Part shown: positions 52,141-63,902 of the stretch, in pieces
How the letters are laid out: each line of letters begins with the position of its first letter
Position numbering within the stretch: the first letter of the stretch is position 1
Assembly (NCBI GenBank): GCA_965235115.1
Contig: OZ249453.1
Location: 15,686,001-15,750,000, forward strand
DNA length: 64,000 bases
Direction: 5' to 3'
Source of the DNA: Laetmonice hystrix
Taxonomy: Eukaryota
Made by a program: the position numbers and the translations under genes
Notes under the pieces: model-generated
Told to the model about the DNA's origin: nothing
Database searches by the model: none
Seen by the model: only the letters and a program-made list of their open reading frames with translations

Positions 52141-55100
52141 CTGGTCGGGAGCCCCCCCCCCCCTCGTTTCTCCCCCTGCCCCCCTACCCCCCCCCCCCTT
52201 ACTCACGCTCGTATAATTGAGGCCAGTTGGCACCCTGCCCAATGCTTTCGTTGCACTCATTTCAACAATGAATATCATCAAATAATTGAGGGAGTCGGGA
52301 AGCCAGTCATCGCAGTTTTCCCAGCAGTGATAGGGGGAATCCCAAATCACGACGATATTAACGGAACTGTTATAACTAGAATATTCCAACAGATTATTTT
52401 ATTGGTTTGCCTGAATATCCAGAAGATCCCAGGGGCACTTTTGATTTTCCAAATTTCACTTATAATGCGAGGACCGTCATTTCTTTCTCACTCTTTCTTC
52501 CCATTTTAAAGAATAGTTTTGTGATCACTTCCGTGCTCCCTGACCGGTACATGATTCCATGTTCACCGTCACAGTACAATAACCAACGCTTGAATACCAA
52601 AAAAACCACCATAGCACCAATGGTGGCCGTCGGGGTGGGGACCCGTCCAGTGAGTGCACGGCTGTGATTGGCTCAGACCTGTCGGTAGCTCGGATTGGTC
52701 GAGGTGTTCCTATCGAGTAAAATGAAGTGTGTGGCGAGTTGAGTCCAGGTGAGAGAATGGACTGTTTTGTCTGCGAGAAGTGGGTAATACCATAAAGGCA
52801 GCGTTTTGTGGGGGTCGGCGTCTCTTTGAGTCAGTGATGTGGTTGGAGAAGTCGCGGTCAGCCCTCAGACAAACAAACGCTGAAGGTTAGTCCACTTTCT
52901 CCCGAGTATTTTCATTCTAAACGTCGCGTATTCAATTAGTGCCAAAAAGGTGTTCCATAACACAGCAACTGATTTTATTGTTTCACAAGCCGCTTTAAAT
53001 TGTGTACTTGAGCCTTAATTGGCATGGCCTAATTCTTTGTTTCGCCATGATAGTAGTCACTGTTTACAGTAATCGTTAGCCACTGTGCCGGGTCCCGTTG
53101 CCTAAATCTGTTATTTTGTAGATTTTAGAGTTTTCTTGCGGGGAAAGAATCAACAATAAATACGTGATGTCACATTTTAACAAACAGACAAAGGAAACAT
53201 AAATTATATGTAGTAATACATGTTTTTATGTAGGCTTACTGTGCCTAAACTCGTCCACAGTGATGTAACGACGCACCAGTATATATTAAATAGACAGTTG
53301 CTCTCAGATAGAGCGTCTCATACATAACGTATTTAGGTAGAACTCTCAGACAAACCTCATAGTTTTACTATACCAGTATAACACCCTGCACCAATGGTGG
53401 ATTGTATATTACCTGGACTCGTCGACAATAATACCTTATACAAACCAATATCTGCCCACACCCACACCCCCACCCACACCCACACCCACACCCACACCCA
53501 CACACCGCGCCGGGCGGTACACTATAGCTGTACAGACATCCTGATAAATATTCCATAGAGAAGATCACTGCAGTTGGCAGTCCCTCGATTGATGCGTTTC
53601 TATCATGTCTGAATCTTTCATTCATATCGACCTCTAACTCTGCTCGACTTGTGTATAACCGACTATCAAAACATGTCGACTGAACGGAGTAAGAATGGAT
53701 TAACTCAGGGGGATAAAACCAAGGGATTATCAGGTTAAAGACGACGGATATTGTCAGGAGATGTTGGAGGCCTTGAGAGTTTAATCCGGATTGTTTCGAC
53801 AGGATAGGTCTGAAAGGGATGGAACTATAATATTTGTTAACATCCTGAGATTATCTTGATCCATGGATAGAGCTCTGGGCTGGCTTATACTGAGAGTTAT
53901 ATACAGATACAGATATACAAGCTGTACAGATAATCCTGGCCATAACTCGTACAGCATATAGACTGAAAACCGGCACATTCCATACATAACAACTACTTTC
54001 GTCACATAGAAACGCGCTCATTCACCATGTCAGTTACTGATTGTATTTTTCTACTCTCTGTCATCTATTGTGGTGATAATAAACAGTCGATATTTACCTC
54101 CCTCTGCCCGCTGGTTCTGCATACCTGTGAAAGAGTCACAACTGTTCTCCTAGCTTCCATTCCATGGCTATTGTTGGCTGGTATTGAACGGTCCTATTAT
54201 GTTATATTGAACTTCTATTAGAGCTGTCATTGATCGAAATAACAGTAGATGAGTCCGATTGACAGTAGTGGGGGTAATGGGGGTGTGTGGGCGGACAGGA
54301 TCAAGTCGGTAGGGGGTGGGGGAGGGGGTGCGGAAGAGGGGGCACTATGGGTTTTAACAGGCTCTCAATCCATGCATTATGAGATGATAAATGACACCTC
54401 CTAACCTCCCCCCTTAATGGTCCCTGACATTCACCTAATTATCACCTTTACCGTTAATAGATGCCAGGGATTAACTGCTGGGCAGTGCACATTATAAAGG
54501 ATAAAACACTCCTGTTTTAATACTTAATCCGTGTATTGTTTTGGGGAGTCGTCAAACACATCCAAGGTTGGTCACAGTGGGGCGTGAAAACACTAATTTA
54601 CCGGCTGAAACACTGCGCGCACAAGTTGGTATTGACCGTTGAGGGAATGAGTGCCCGCCTGTAAACATGTGTCAACAACGGTTTATAACACATTAATGAC
54701 TTGTTGCATTAATCCATTGGTCAAGTCAGAATCCAAATAAAGACAATGAAAACACGTGGAGGTATTTTTACGGGGACGCGGTCTTCTTTTGAGGTATAAA
54801 AGTCGCTTTGCGGGAAGAATAGCTTTAATATAGATGGATTAAAAATTGTCTTTTTTATTGTAGATAGGCCATGTTGGGTTTTCAGATAGTTATCAGTAAT
54901 CAGTAATCAGTAATCAGTAAGCACCACTTGTGACCGGTAGGTTGGTTACCGCGAACACCTGGTGGGGGTAGATCGTTTTTACCTGGGAAAGTTTGAGCAG
55001 GGGGTGGATAGTGCATGGATATCACATCCCGGTTGTCTGGGGCAGTTAACTGAGTCGAGGGATGTGTTAGAACGACGGCAGGAAGAGAGAGATAGAGAAA

Positions 55101-55609
55101 ATGATAGAGGAAAAATATGAAAAAGAAAATAATGGAATGTTCACGGTTAGAGACGGGAACATATGTACATGTAAATATGGCATGGAGAATGCAAGGTGAA
55201 ATAGTATAACTGAAATATTATTTTTACAGAGAAAGGAGAATGAAAGATGAAACTAAAAGGTATTAGATAGAAGGAAGGGGAAAAGATAGAAAATGAAAGG
55301 AACAGGAAATATGAGATTTGAAAATTGTTGAATTAACAAGACTTATATAGTGATTCGTTTTGATTCAACAACCTATAATTGCTGCTCCAGCCCATTGAAT
55401 TGATTGCCTGTGTGTGACTATACGACAGCGAAGGGGACTGTCTGCCGCCAGTTTAGTTGATGAGTTTTAAGGCAGAGAGGCGGGAATAATAAAACCTTTG
55501 CTGTGGTAAGCGGAGATGGAGGTTAGATGCCGAAGAACCGCAAGCATTCAGCGATGTTGGTGCCGTGTCATCCTGTGTTATAAACTGGACCGTCCGCGTG
55601 TAGACAGAA

Positions 55610-55672
55610 CGGGACAATCACAGGACAATACACAATCACAGGACAATCACAGGACATATACAATCACAGGAC
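55610..55672. repeat. Short 18-bp repeat (caatcacaggacaataca-like), 3-4 copies
   Basis: Directly visible. Confidence 0.8.
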
Positions 55673-55755
55673 ATAAAGTACATGTCAGTGCCAGCGTCCG
55701 AGGCAGGGATATATCCACACGAGGACCCTCAGCAGGTGGATGTGTCGTCTCTGTG

Positions 55756-55811
55756 GTGTGTTTACAACACGCCTGAGTCAGGTGTGTTTACAACACACCT
55801 GAGTCAGGTGT
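55756..55811. repeat. 26-bp duplication containing TGTTTAC, TGAGTCA and CAGGTG
   Basis: gtgtgtttacaacacgcctgagtcag x2; the second copy gives the palindrome acacctgagtcaggtgt. Confidence 0.85.
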
Positions 55812-58800
55812 TATCAAGGTACATCCGTGTTGACGTAGGGTTGATATTTTATGGCAGATTCACCTTCTATCATTTTGTACTCGGTATGAATACAAAGGCA
55901 GATTTACCGCAATGTAAATATAACCGTAGAAACATCTCAAAGTCCACTTACCGGCAACTATTATACAAGAAAGAAAAGAGGCTGAAGGGGTTAGGGTGTG
56001 TGTATATAGTGCTTACGTCAATTCGATCTTTTAATATCAGCATCGTGACTTGATTTAAAAATGCGTGACCAACCAGTGATCGTAATACATTGGATATTCT
56101 GGGAGTCGGGCCCCATCACTTCGGAGTTTATCTCAAACCAGTGTTTATCTATAGGGTGGACACGGATAGCGTGGGAACGCTGAGAGGGTGGGTGGAGGGG
56201 GTAAGTAGTACGGACAGGGGTAGCAATAAATCACAGACTTATGGAAGGTGGCGGAGGTTCATCCCAAGACTGTATACCCTCACCGACCGTGTCGTTTTGA
56301 GTTTATGATGGACACCGTTAGTGTCCTGTTCGTTTATTGAGGCTCTTTTATGGCCAGTACACCACACATAGCGAACATTGTAAGGGACACCGTCCTGGCA
56401 GACACTAAGGAAATGATTTTATGGCGGGCATCGTTTGAAAAGTGAAATGTCGCAAATGTTAACATGTCATTTCTGGTGTTTATATACCCGTTAATGTCTG
56501 AGCAGGACATTGTCGAGTTGGGGTCCGAGGAGTGAAGTTTGGTGTCCCAGGTGTAGGAGGCTATGATGGGTGAGGCAGGGGGGGCGGGGGCGGGAAGGAG
56601 GGGGGGGGGAACGGTAGATAAATTATGCTTTCTTTGATGTTTATGCGGAGATATTCTCACTGGCGTCTGTTCATGGTAACCATGGCAATGGTTCATATAC
56701 ATGCACAAGGGGGCAACATGTGAATAACAAAAAAGTTGAAGCATGTTTTCTAAAGACGTTAATGACAGTTCATGCTTTGTTATCATTGAATTGGTGAGCA
56801 TGGCGTATGAACTCCATGCGATGGACTCCTTATGTTAACTCCACACATAACGCATGCTACATTATGCTACGGCCAAGAATGCTATGTTAACATGTGAAAA
56901 TAGCAACGGCTGACTTCTCCCTGCTACCCAGAATGTTTAGGGGGAGAGTCAGGTACAGTGCAGCGGTCAGTGCTGGCGACAAACGCTGCATGTCCCGACC
57001 CCATACGAAAACATGCAAAGCACATATGTCTCGTCTACGGGTGTGCACACCTGAGAGAACAGCGCCACCAAGCGGCCAAGCTCGAGCGGCGATCTTCAAA
57101 CGCCGTCGATTGCGGCGATCATGCAAGGAGGATTATGAGACGTTTTCGCCTCATCACACTGAGCATAGAGCGGCGAACGCGATTGCACCGTCGGAATATG
57201 CCGTACGCGGTATCTTGAAAGGGTCACGTCGCTGGGCGGGGAGTGGGTGGGGAGGCAGTCTAGCCGAGAAATCATGTAATGAGGAGTCTGAAGCGAGCGA
57301 GATTTCATGATATCGAACTCGGCAGAGAAAGCGTCGCATCCAGGAACGCTGTGGCGTTTGTTGAACGCTGGCAATCATTGCGGGTCAGCGCGTTGGACCC
57401 TTGGCGTACCGCTTTGATATCGCGCTGATTTCATTAGCGTTAACGTCCTACGTTCGCTGATCACCAATCAGGGTTCGTTTTTAGAGGTCGCTGGAAGGTG
57501 ACCTTGAAGGTTTCCACTTCTTGGACCCTGATGTGATAATTTGCCGCATAAAGTTTTCTACGCGACGCGAATCTGAGATTCCTGTGAGTGTTCTGTCACT
57601 GGACAATGGCGCGGCAGGTAACGTGCTGCCAGCACAAACGGTGTGAAATTTGGTATTATTCCATGAAAGAATATAGTAAAAGGTTTCTAGAGGTCAGCCG
57701 AGTGCACTTCGCTACACTCCCCACCGTGCTCTGTCTAGTAATTTATCTGCAGTGCTTTTTTAAATATTTTTAATGTTCCTCTAACAGTGTGACGTCTCAT
57801 CATTTATATTAACAAGCTAACTGAGTTTTGGTATAAACAGAGCGAGTGTAGTGAATTTGAATGACATAATCTCTACATGCGACTTAGCCATAAACCCTGT
57901 TTGGGATTTAAACCTGCATCGAATACAAAACAATTTCTCACATGCGCGAAGGGCAACGTCAACAAGAAAATAAACAAAGAGGGGAATGACTTTAAATAAC
58001 GCCCCCTAGTGGACATCTATGTTATATCGTTGGCTTTGGGGATGAGAGGTCAATACAGCTGATCAACATATCACCCCGTTAGGGTTCATGGTTTGATGTT
58101 TCGATATGAAACGGCTTGCCGAGTGACTGAAAGTAAAATTGTCCCTTATATGGAAACTGTTTATGATGATAAAAGAAACGCTTAAAAACGTTTTCTGAGC
58201 TCTCGAGTGGTGTGTAAACTAGCTTGTCTTAAAAAAACTGACAATTTCATGTGTAATGCGTTGTTTGCTCATCTCGCGTGAAATGGCGAGATGTCGGCGG
58301 GATTTGACGGTTCGACGTCACCTGGCTGCAAGACAGTCGGATTTTTTTCTGGAATAAAATCTTCAAAAAAAATTCTAGCATTCTGCTGGGTGTCTGGTGT
58401 GCAGGGGAAGGGGTTGCTAACTCGCGGGTTGACACGGGAACAATTAGTTTTATATCTCACTTAGCACCCTCTGTCAGAGAGCATGATTACACATCAGTCG
58501 AGGATGGACCACCTGTTCCGTGGTTGTACCAACACCAGCGCCCTCTCGTGGTAGAGTCATCGCCTCAACAAGTGACCAAACACGGGCGGGCAGTCAGTCC
58601 ACCCCCACCCCCACCCCCGCCCCTTATTGGCCACAGTTTTGCCCCCAGGGGTATATAGCAAGCACCATCCCGGGGTATGGGTGGTGGGGGTATATCACCA
58701 TTGTCAGGGTGCTCTGATGTTGCCCGGGGTGACTGGACGCCCGGGGGGCACCGTGACCGCTGAGTGGCGCTCACAAAGTGATTGTGACGACGATTGTAGA

Positions 58801-61051
58801 ACTTGTTCGGACATAGCACAGGATGGTCCACCCCATATCAGTCTCCCTATCAAAACGGCCGCGCTCACACCCTGTGCAGGTCATATACGATCTACTTCTT
58901 AACAGATCCAGCCCCCGTCAATGAAGCCAGGTTCTGTTATATTCTTCATGATCATTTAAGATCTGAATCACAGCACCCCGCTGAGATGTGGTTTGGTCCT
59001 CTCCCCGTTTTCCCACACGTAGACCCATCCGTCTTTCTCGGATAACAATGCTAGCCCAAGGCTTCACCGTTTTCTTACCGGGCAAATTACGCATCCAGCC
59101 TTTTAATTCGGTTTATGGCCTATACCTTTACTTAGCTTAGCAGAATATACAAAATGATCAAATCATCTAAGCCAACTACGTATGTCACACTTTACAGGAT
59201 GTTGAAGTTAAAGTGTACTGATTCAAAGAAATGCATAAGAAAATACACAAATTCTAGATATTTATATATGTGTGCATGTGATCCATAATTAGACCCTAGC
59301 TGGTGTACATCCTGGTTCTCCTGAAGTCCCGGCTTCCCACTGCGAGGTTTTTATTTCTCTGGAGCCGACTCGTCCTCGTTATGGGATTTGTGTGGTGTTA
59401 TTAGGAGACACCGACTGTCTGACGTACCTCATACGTTATGCAGTCATTATGCGAACACACGATCTGGGGAACTTTGGCAGGATGAAAACTTCTACCAGTA
59501 CAGGAACTGCGGTGAGTGGCCATGCCACAGTTAGGTGACTCAGGGTGCGCGATCAAATAGTGAATCTCAAACTAATGGTCGCTATTATCCCAGTCGGAAT
59601 TTCCTGCTTGGTGTTGATTTGAACAGGAGGCTCCCATCGCAAAGTATACGGACGCCTAAACAATAGAGCAAAAACTACAGTTCAAATCTAAGATAAACCA
59701 ACGAAGACTTGATGTTCATCTTTGTTGGTAAATTTGTTGTATTTTCCCCCCTCCTGTTCTGATTTGCGGTTTACTGCACATAACAAAGCGTATAGAGTAA
59801 TCCAGTTTTTTTAACGCTTTTGTTATATTCTGATGGTTTCAGTTTGAAATGATAGAGTTGCTATCCTTTCTTGTGTTTTGTTTGGGAAGGGTTGTGACGA
59901 GACCATCGTCTTATCTTTGTGTATACGAAATACATTATCAATCATTGTGAGAACCTTGCCACTTGCGACCGCTTCGAGTGAAGAACTCTGATTAAATTTA
60001 CGATCATCTATTTTATAAATTGTACTCCTCTAATGTAAGGAAATATCGCAGTTGTAACCCCCAAAATGGACTGCAGATGAACATTATATGACCTGTGCCT
60101 TTAGGCTGACAGTTGAAGAAGTTTTCTTGCCCGTATTTAAACGCGCTTGATTGCCCGGTGGTTGTGGGTTCGGGGGTGATGGGGTGTTATAGATGAACAG
60201 GTTTTACATGAAAGGGTGTCTCCCATGGGACAGGTGGGAGCAGGTGTGTTTTGACAGGTAAGTGGCGTTTACCTGATGGGCTGCTATCAACAGTTCACCC
60301 CAAGTATAGATAACAACAGGTATCATCAACACACCTCGAGCTGTCACCTGTAAGGGTCGCCATGGACCGCTCGACCGACTGTCGGACCCGCTCCGCTGTC
60401 ATCCGAAACGTGTATGGCCGAGAGGCATAACTCGTGGGGTCTTCATCTAGCCAGATAAAGTTATAGAGGCGGTCACTAAACCCTACTGTATGCGTGTAAA
60501 CCGGCGAAAATCTGGCTGGAAAAAGCTCATTGACTCTGTCACCCCGTGGCACTGTATAGTAACAGTGTTTGTGGTTGTGAATGTCGCCGTCCCATAGAAA
60601 CCAACTTTGTGTGTTACTGAAGATGGGTTGGGACAAGACTTTGTAGTAATTCTGGTGTAATACGGAAAGCCATTGTTGGTCACAGAGTTACTCCACTGGG
60701 GTGAGGGGTTTAGGGTGGTTGGGTAGGAGGGATTAAAAACTCCTGAATCCCTCTGTAAGCTTTGTCTACTGCCCGAACTGTGCGGTGACATGCTGGGTCA
60801 ACATGAGACCTGTAGGTGCACGCATCTTGGGTGGGTGGGTCGGAGGGGGGTGTATTAGACAATCGGTAAGCTGACACAAGTCTTGGCAGTGTTTTAACAC
60901 CCTCCCATAAAGGGGCTTAGCGCCTCGCCCCCCACCTCCCACCCACCCAGTCGAGCGCGCCGAATCCCCACTTGATGCTACCGGGCTGACGGCTGGTCGG
61001 GCCGGGCGAGCATAGACAGAGCGCTCGCCGCTATCCACCTGTTCGCTGAGC

Positions 61052-61090
61052 TATAAAAGCCGAGCGAGCGTGGCTCCTTGTCGTAGTCCG
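61052..61090 (+). promoter_or_regulatory. Candidate TATA-box core promoter in a GC-rich island
   Basis: TATAAAAG at 61052-61059 in GC-rich context (60940-61200), Inr-like TAGTC about 33 nt downstream, CTCF-like motif at 61183-61198. Confidence 0.35.
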
Positions 61091-62094
61091 TTCTGAGCCG
61101 CCGGAGCTGATAGGTCGGCAGACAACGCTCGCTCCTCCCTACTCGCACACGCCGCCAACCAAACCTACCGCAGCGCTACTATCGCCGCCCTAGTGGCACA
61201 TGGGAGCACTAAAAACCAGCGCCAGGATTACGGGTACGGAAGGCGTCGTTGTCAGACACGCTAACTATAAGGTCGTGGGAGGAACAGCAGACCATCAGTG
61301 GATGACTCGTTGTTAGTAACAGACGCAACCTCTCTACCAGGAGGAACGGATAGTGTGTGATAGAAGGACAACTGGAACTCATGTGTAAAGTGGAAACTTG
61401 GCAGAACTTAGTGCAACCAAGGAGGACGCTTGTACCGAGCAATTGGAAACTAGACTCCGTTCAGCTGTTGGAATGATCCTAGAAACAGTCTTTCCATGGT
61501 AGGCCTACTTTTTCTCTCGTTTCTAATTGGAAACAGTTTTCATGGGACAACCTGTTATTGAACTACCACCAGATAGGAACGCTAAGGCAGGCATTCAGAC
61601 AATGTCATGATCATTGCGCAGATGTTGCTGAGACACGGTGAAATGTTCTCCGTCTAGAAAATCCTGTCTTTGTTTGATATCATTTGAAAGGACAACTGGT
61701 CTTTTTTAGGATACTTATGTCATATGTATTAGAAGACAAATGTAAAGATCTCCGACTATACTTTGGCAGCTTGCCGAGCGGTTAGGCGCTCAGAACAGTG
61801 AGTATAGTTGGATTGGTTGTTTGTGGTGTTTGATTGGTTTGGAGTCGGTGCTATACAGTGGCGAGCAAGCGACGGTCGGTATTTGTAAGACAATGCCGGG
61901 CTCACATGAGGAGTTTGGGGCGGGGGTCAGATGAGGGTTACCACTGAGGCCAGCTACGTTTGGGCTCAGATCGGAGGAGGCTTTGTCTTGGGGCTTATAA
62001 TGACCATCCACTGTTAGAACCAATTGAGTTTGGCTGACCCACCGTGGCGTGGGTAGGAGCAATGTTGGTAGAAGCCTTTACGATGTTAGCAGTG

Positions 62095-62439
62095 TTAGCG
62101 GTCCCATTGTAACGATGGGTTGAGCAGAGCGTTTGTTGGCACAGTCCACAAACAACCAGCAGATACAAAGCTCAGGGATTTCATGCCGTGTCGACGTGTA
62201 TTTCTGAACATGGACAAAGCCAGCTTTAGTCTCTTGTGTTGATTGCGTTTCAAGGATTCGGTTATTCGGGCTTCCATGCTACTCGCTGTTTGTTTCAAAA
62301 AGCGCTTGCTGTTGTGGATTATAGGGAGTAAAGGTAAAGGCAGCAACTGGTCTTCTCTAGATGTCCGACTCATTGTATCGAAACGCCTAGAACAGTCATC
62401 GAACATGTGGTTGACTGTTGAAAACACCTCTGATACCAT
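62095..62439 (-). pseudogene. Possible retroelement (Penelope-like N-terminal?) coding fragment
   Basis: 114-aa non-repetitive open frame with helical basic composition (IIHNSKRFLKQTASSMEARITESLKRNQHKRLKLAL); only a vague resemblance, with no RT or GIY-YIG motif nearby. Confidence 0.2.
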
Positions 62440-63902
62440 GTGAATGACTCAGTGAGAGGGTAACTTGGGGTCAAATTACATTGGTCAGTTCAAGTCGTCC
62501 AACCGCAAGGGTGCGGCATGTCTTGACATCGCAACAACAGAAAGCAGTTGGAGTTTACAAAAAGAAAAGTGCGCTCTGGTAGTCCCAGGGTATTAATTTT
62601 ATGTTCAGCTAGTACTGCTCGCCCGGTCTCGATTTTGTCTCAATGCGTGCAGTACGCATTGTATATTTCAAAAGTTGTTTCCCAATAACAGTGCATGAGA
62701 GCTGCAATAATTGCCGCTTCCAGTCAATAAGATTTAGGTTAAATACGTCTTGGCCACGTATCCCCGACCATACCACACTGTTGTATACCTGTGATCCGGC
62801 CTGGCATTTTATGACCGTTTAATTACATGAACGGAATCTTTGCGGGATGAGCAGTCTACAGGTTGGCTATCTATAGTGACCGTCTTGTCACGCCCTGACA
62901 GTTTACGTTCTGGTAGTTTGGAAGTGGAATGTTGAAGTAACCGATGATTTCTTTCCGCTTACAGTGGCCAAAGTGCGGAGATGCTCCATCTAGCCGGTGG
63001 TGAGGACGTAACGCTAGGATCCACGGAGGAGCAACCTTACAGTATCATAGACGCAGTAAGTATAGATTCCCACAGATCGGGGTTAGTGAGAGACTAGGGG
63101 TTAGCTAAAGAGACTGATAAACATTCGGGACTACATTGGGGACTATACTACATGGGGGACTATAGGTCTGGTGTCGATCAATTCTTACGTCACATCAGAT
63201 CTGATGTGGAATTTTCGCTGTATTTTTCTTTAATTGATTTGTAAGCTGTTAGGAATTATGAAAGTCATAAGAAGTTTAGCAAGCAGTGAATGCTAACTGA
63301 ACCCCTTTCACAGAGCAAGACAAATATGGCGAATACGAATTTTAGACAGACAGCTTTGAAAAAAAATGACCATTCATTTTTTCTTTTTATTGACCTTTAT
63401 ATTAACCATTCATTCTAAATTTAAATTTGTCAAAGGACATAAAAACATAATGTAAATAGACTGTTGCATGGATGACATAATTTCGCGCTGAGTATCGGTA
63501 ATTTGACTCCGTAAACTGGCTAACTCAGACGATACGCTACAGTTATTGGTGTCTGGTCCGTCGCCGGTTTTGTTTGGTGGGCAGCTGACAGAGATCCTAT
63601 CAACTTCACTCACCTTTGTACTGATGACAGAGACATTAATAAATATAGACCGAAATAAATAATTAAACAGAATCATTGTCTGTCTCCCCGTACTGGGAGG
63701 ACACCAACTGTAACAACTACAGAACGAAATCATTTTTTTCCGCGAACAAACAGACCCTTCTCATGCATAATTTGTCTCCTATTTGGGAAAGTGTCATTTA
63801 GGAAACTCATGCCTACACATCATTACTTTCTCTTACATGCAGCTGTTATTTTGATGCGTTAGTTATTCACTTTCCAAATTCACCTGGTTTTATTTAAAGC
63901 AG

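Noticed and set aside
30748-54745. Identical 15-mer aatccaaataaagac at about 30749 and 54729
   Set aside because: One or more 15-mer coincidences are expected in 64 kb of AT-rich sequence.
18490-59020. Su(H)/CSL sites YGTGGGAA (for example 42699, 43423, 48471, 56172)
   Set aside because: The count I saw (about 7) is close to chance expectation for this 8-mer class, despite the known hamlet-Notch link.
60295-60791. Two overlapping minus-strand ORFs with faint CUB-domain-like words
   Set aside because: Motifs fall in different frames with wrong spacing, conserved Cys/Trp/Asp are absent, and ORFs of about 100 aa are expected by chance.
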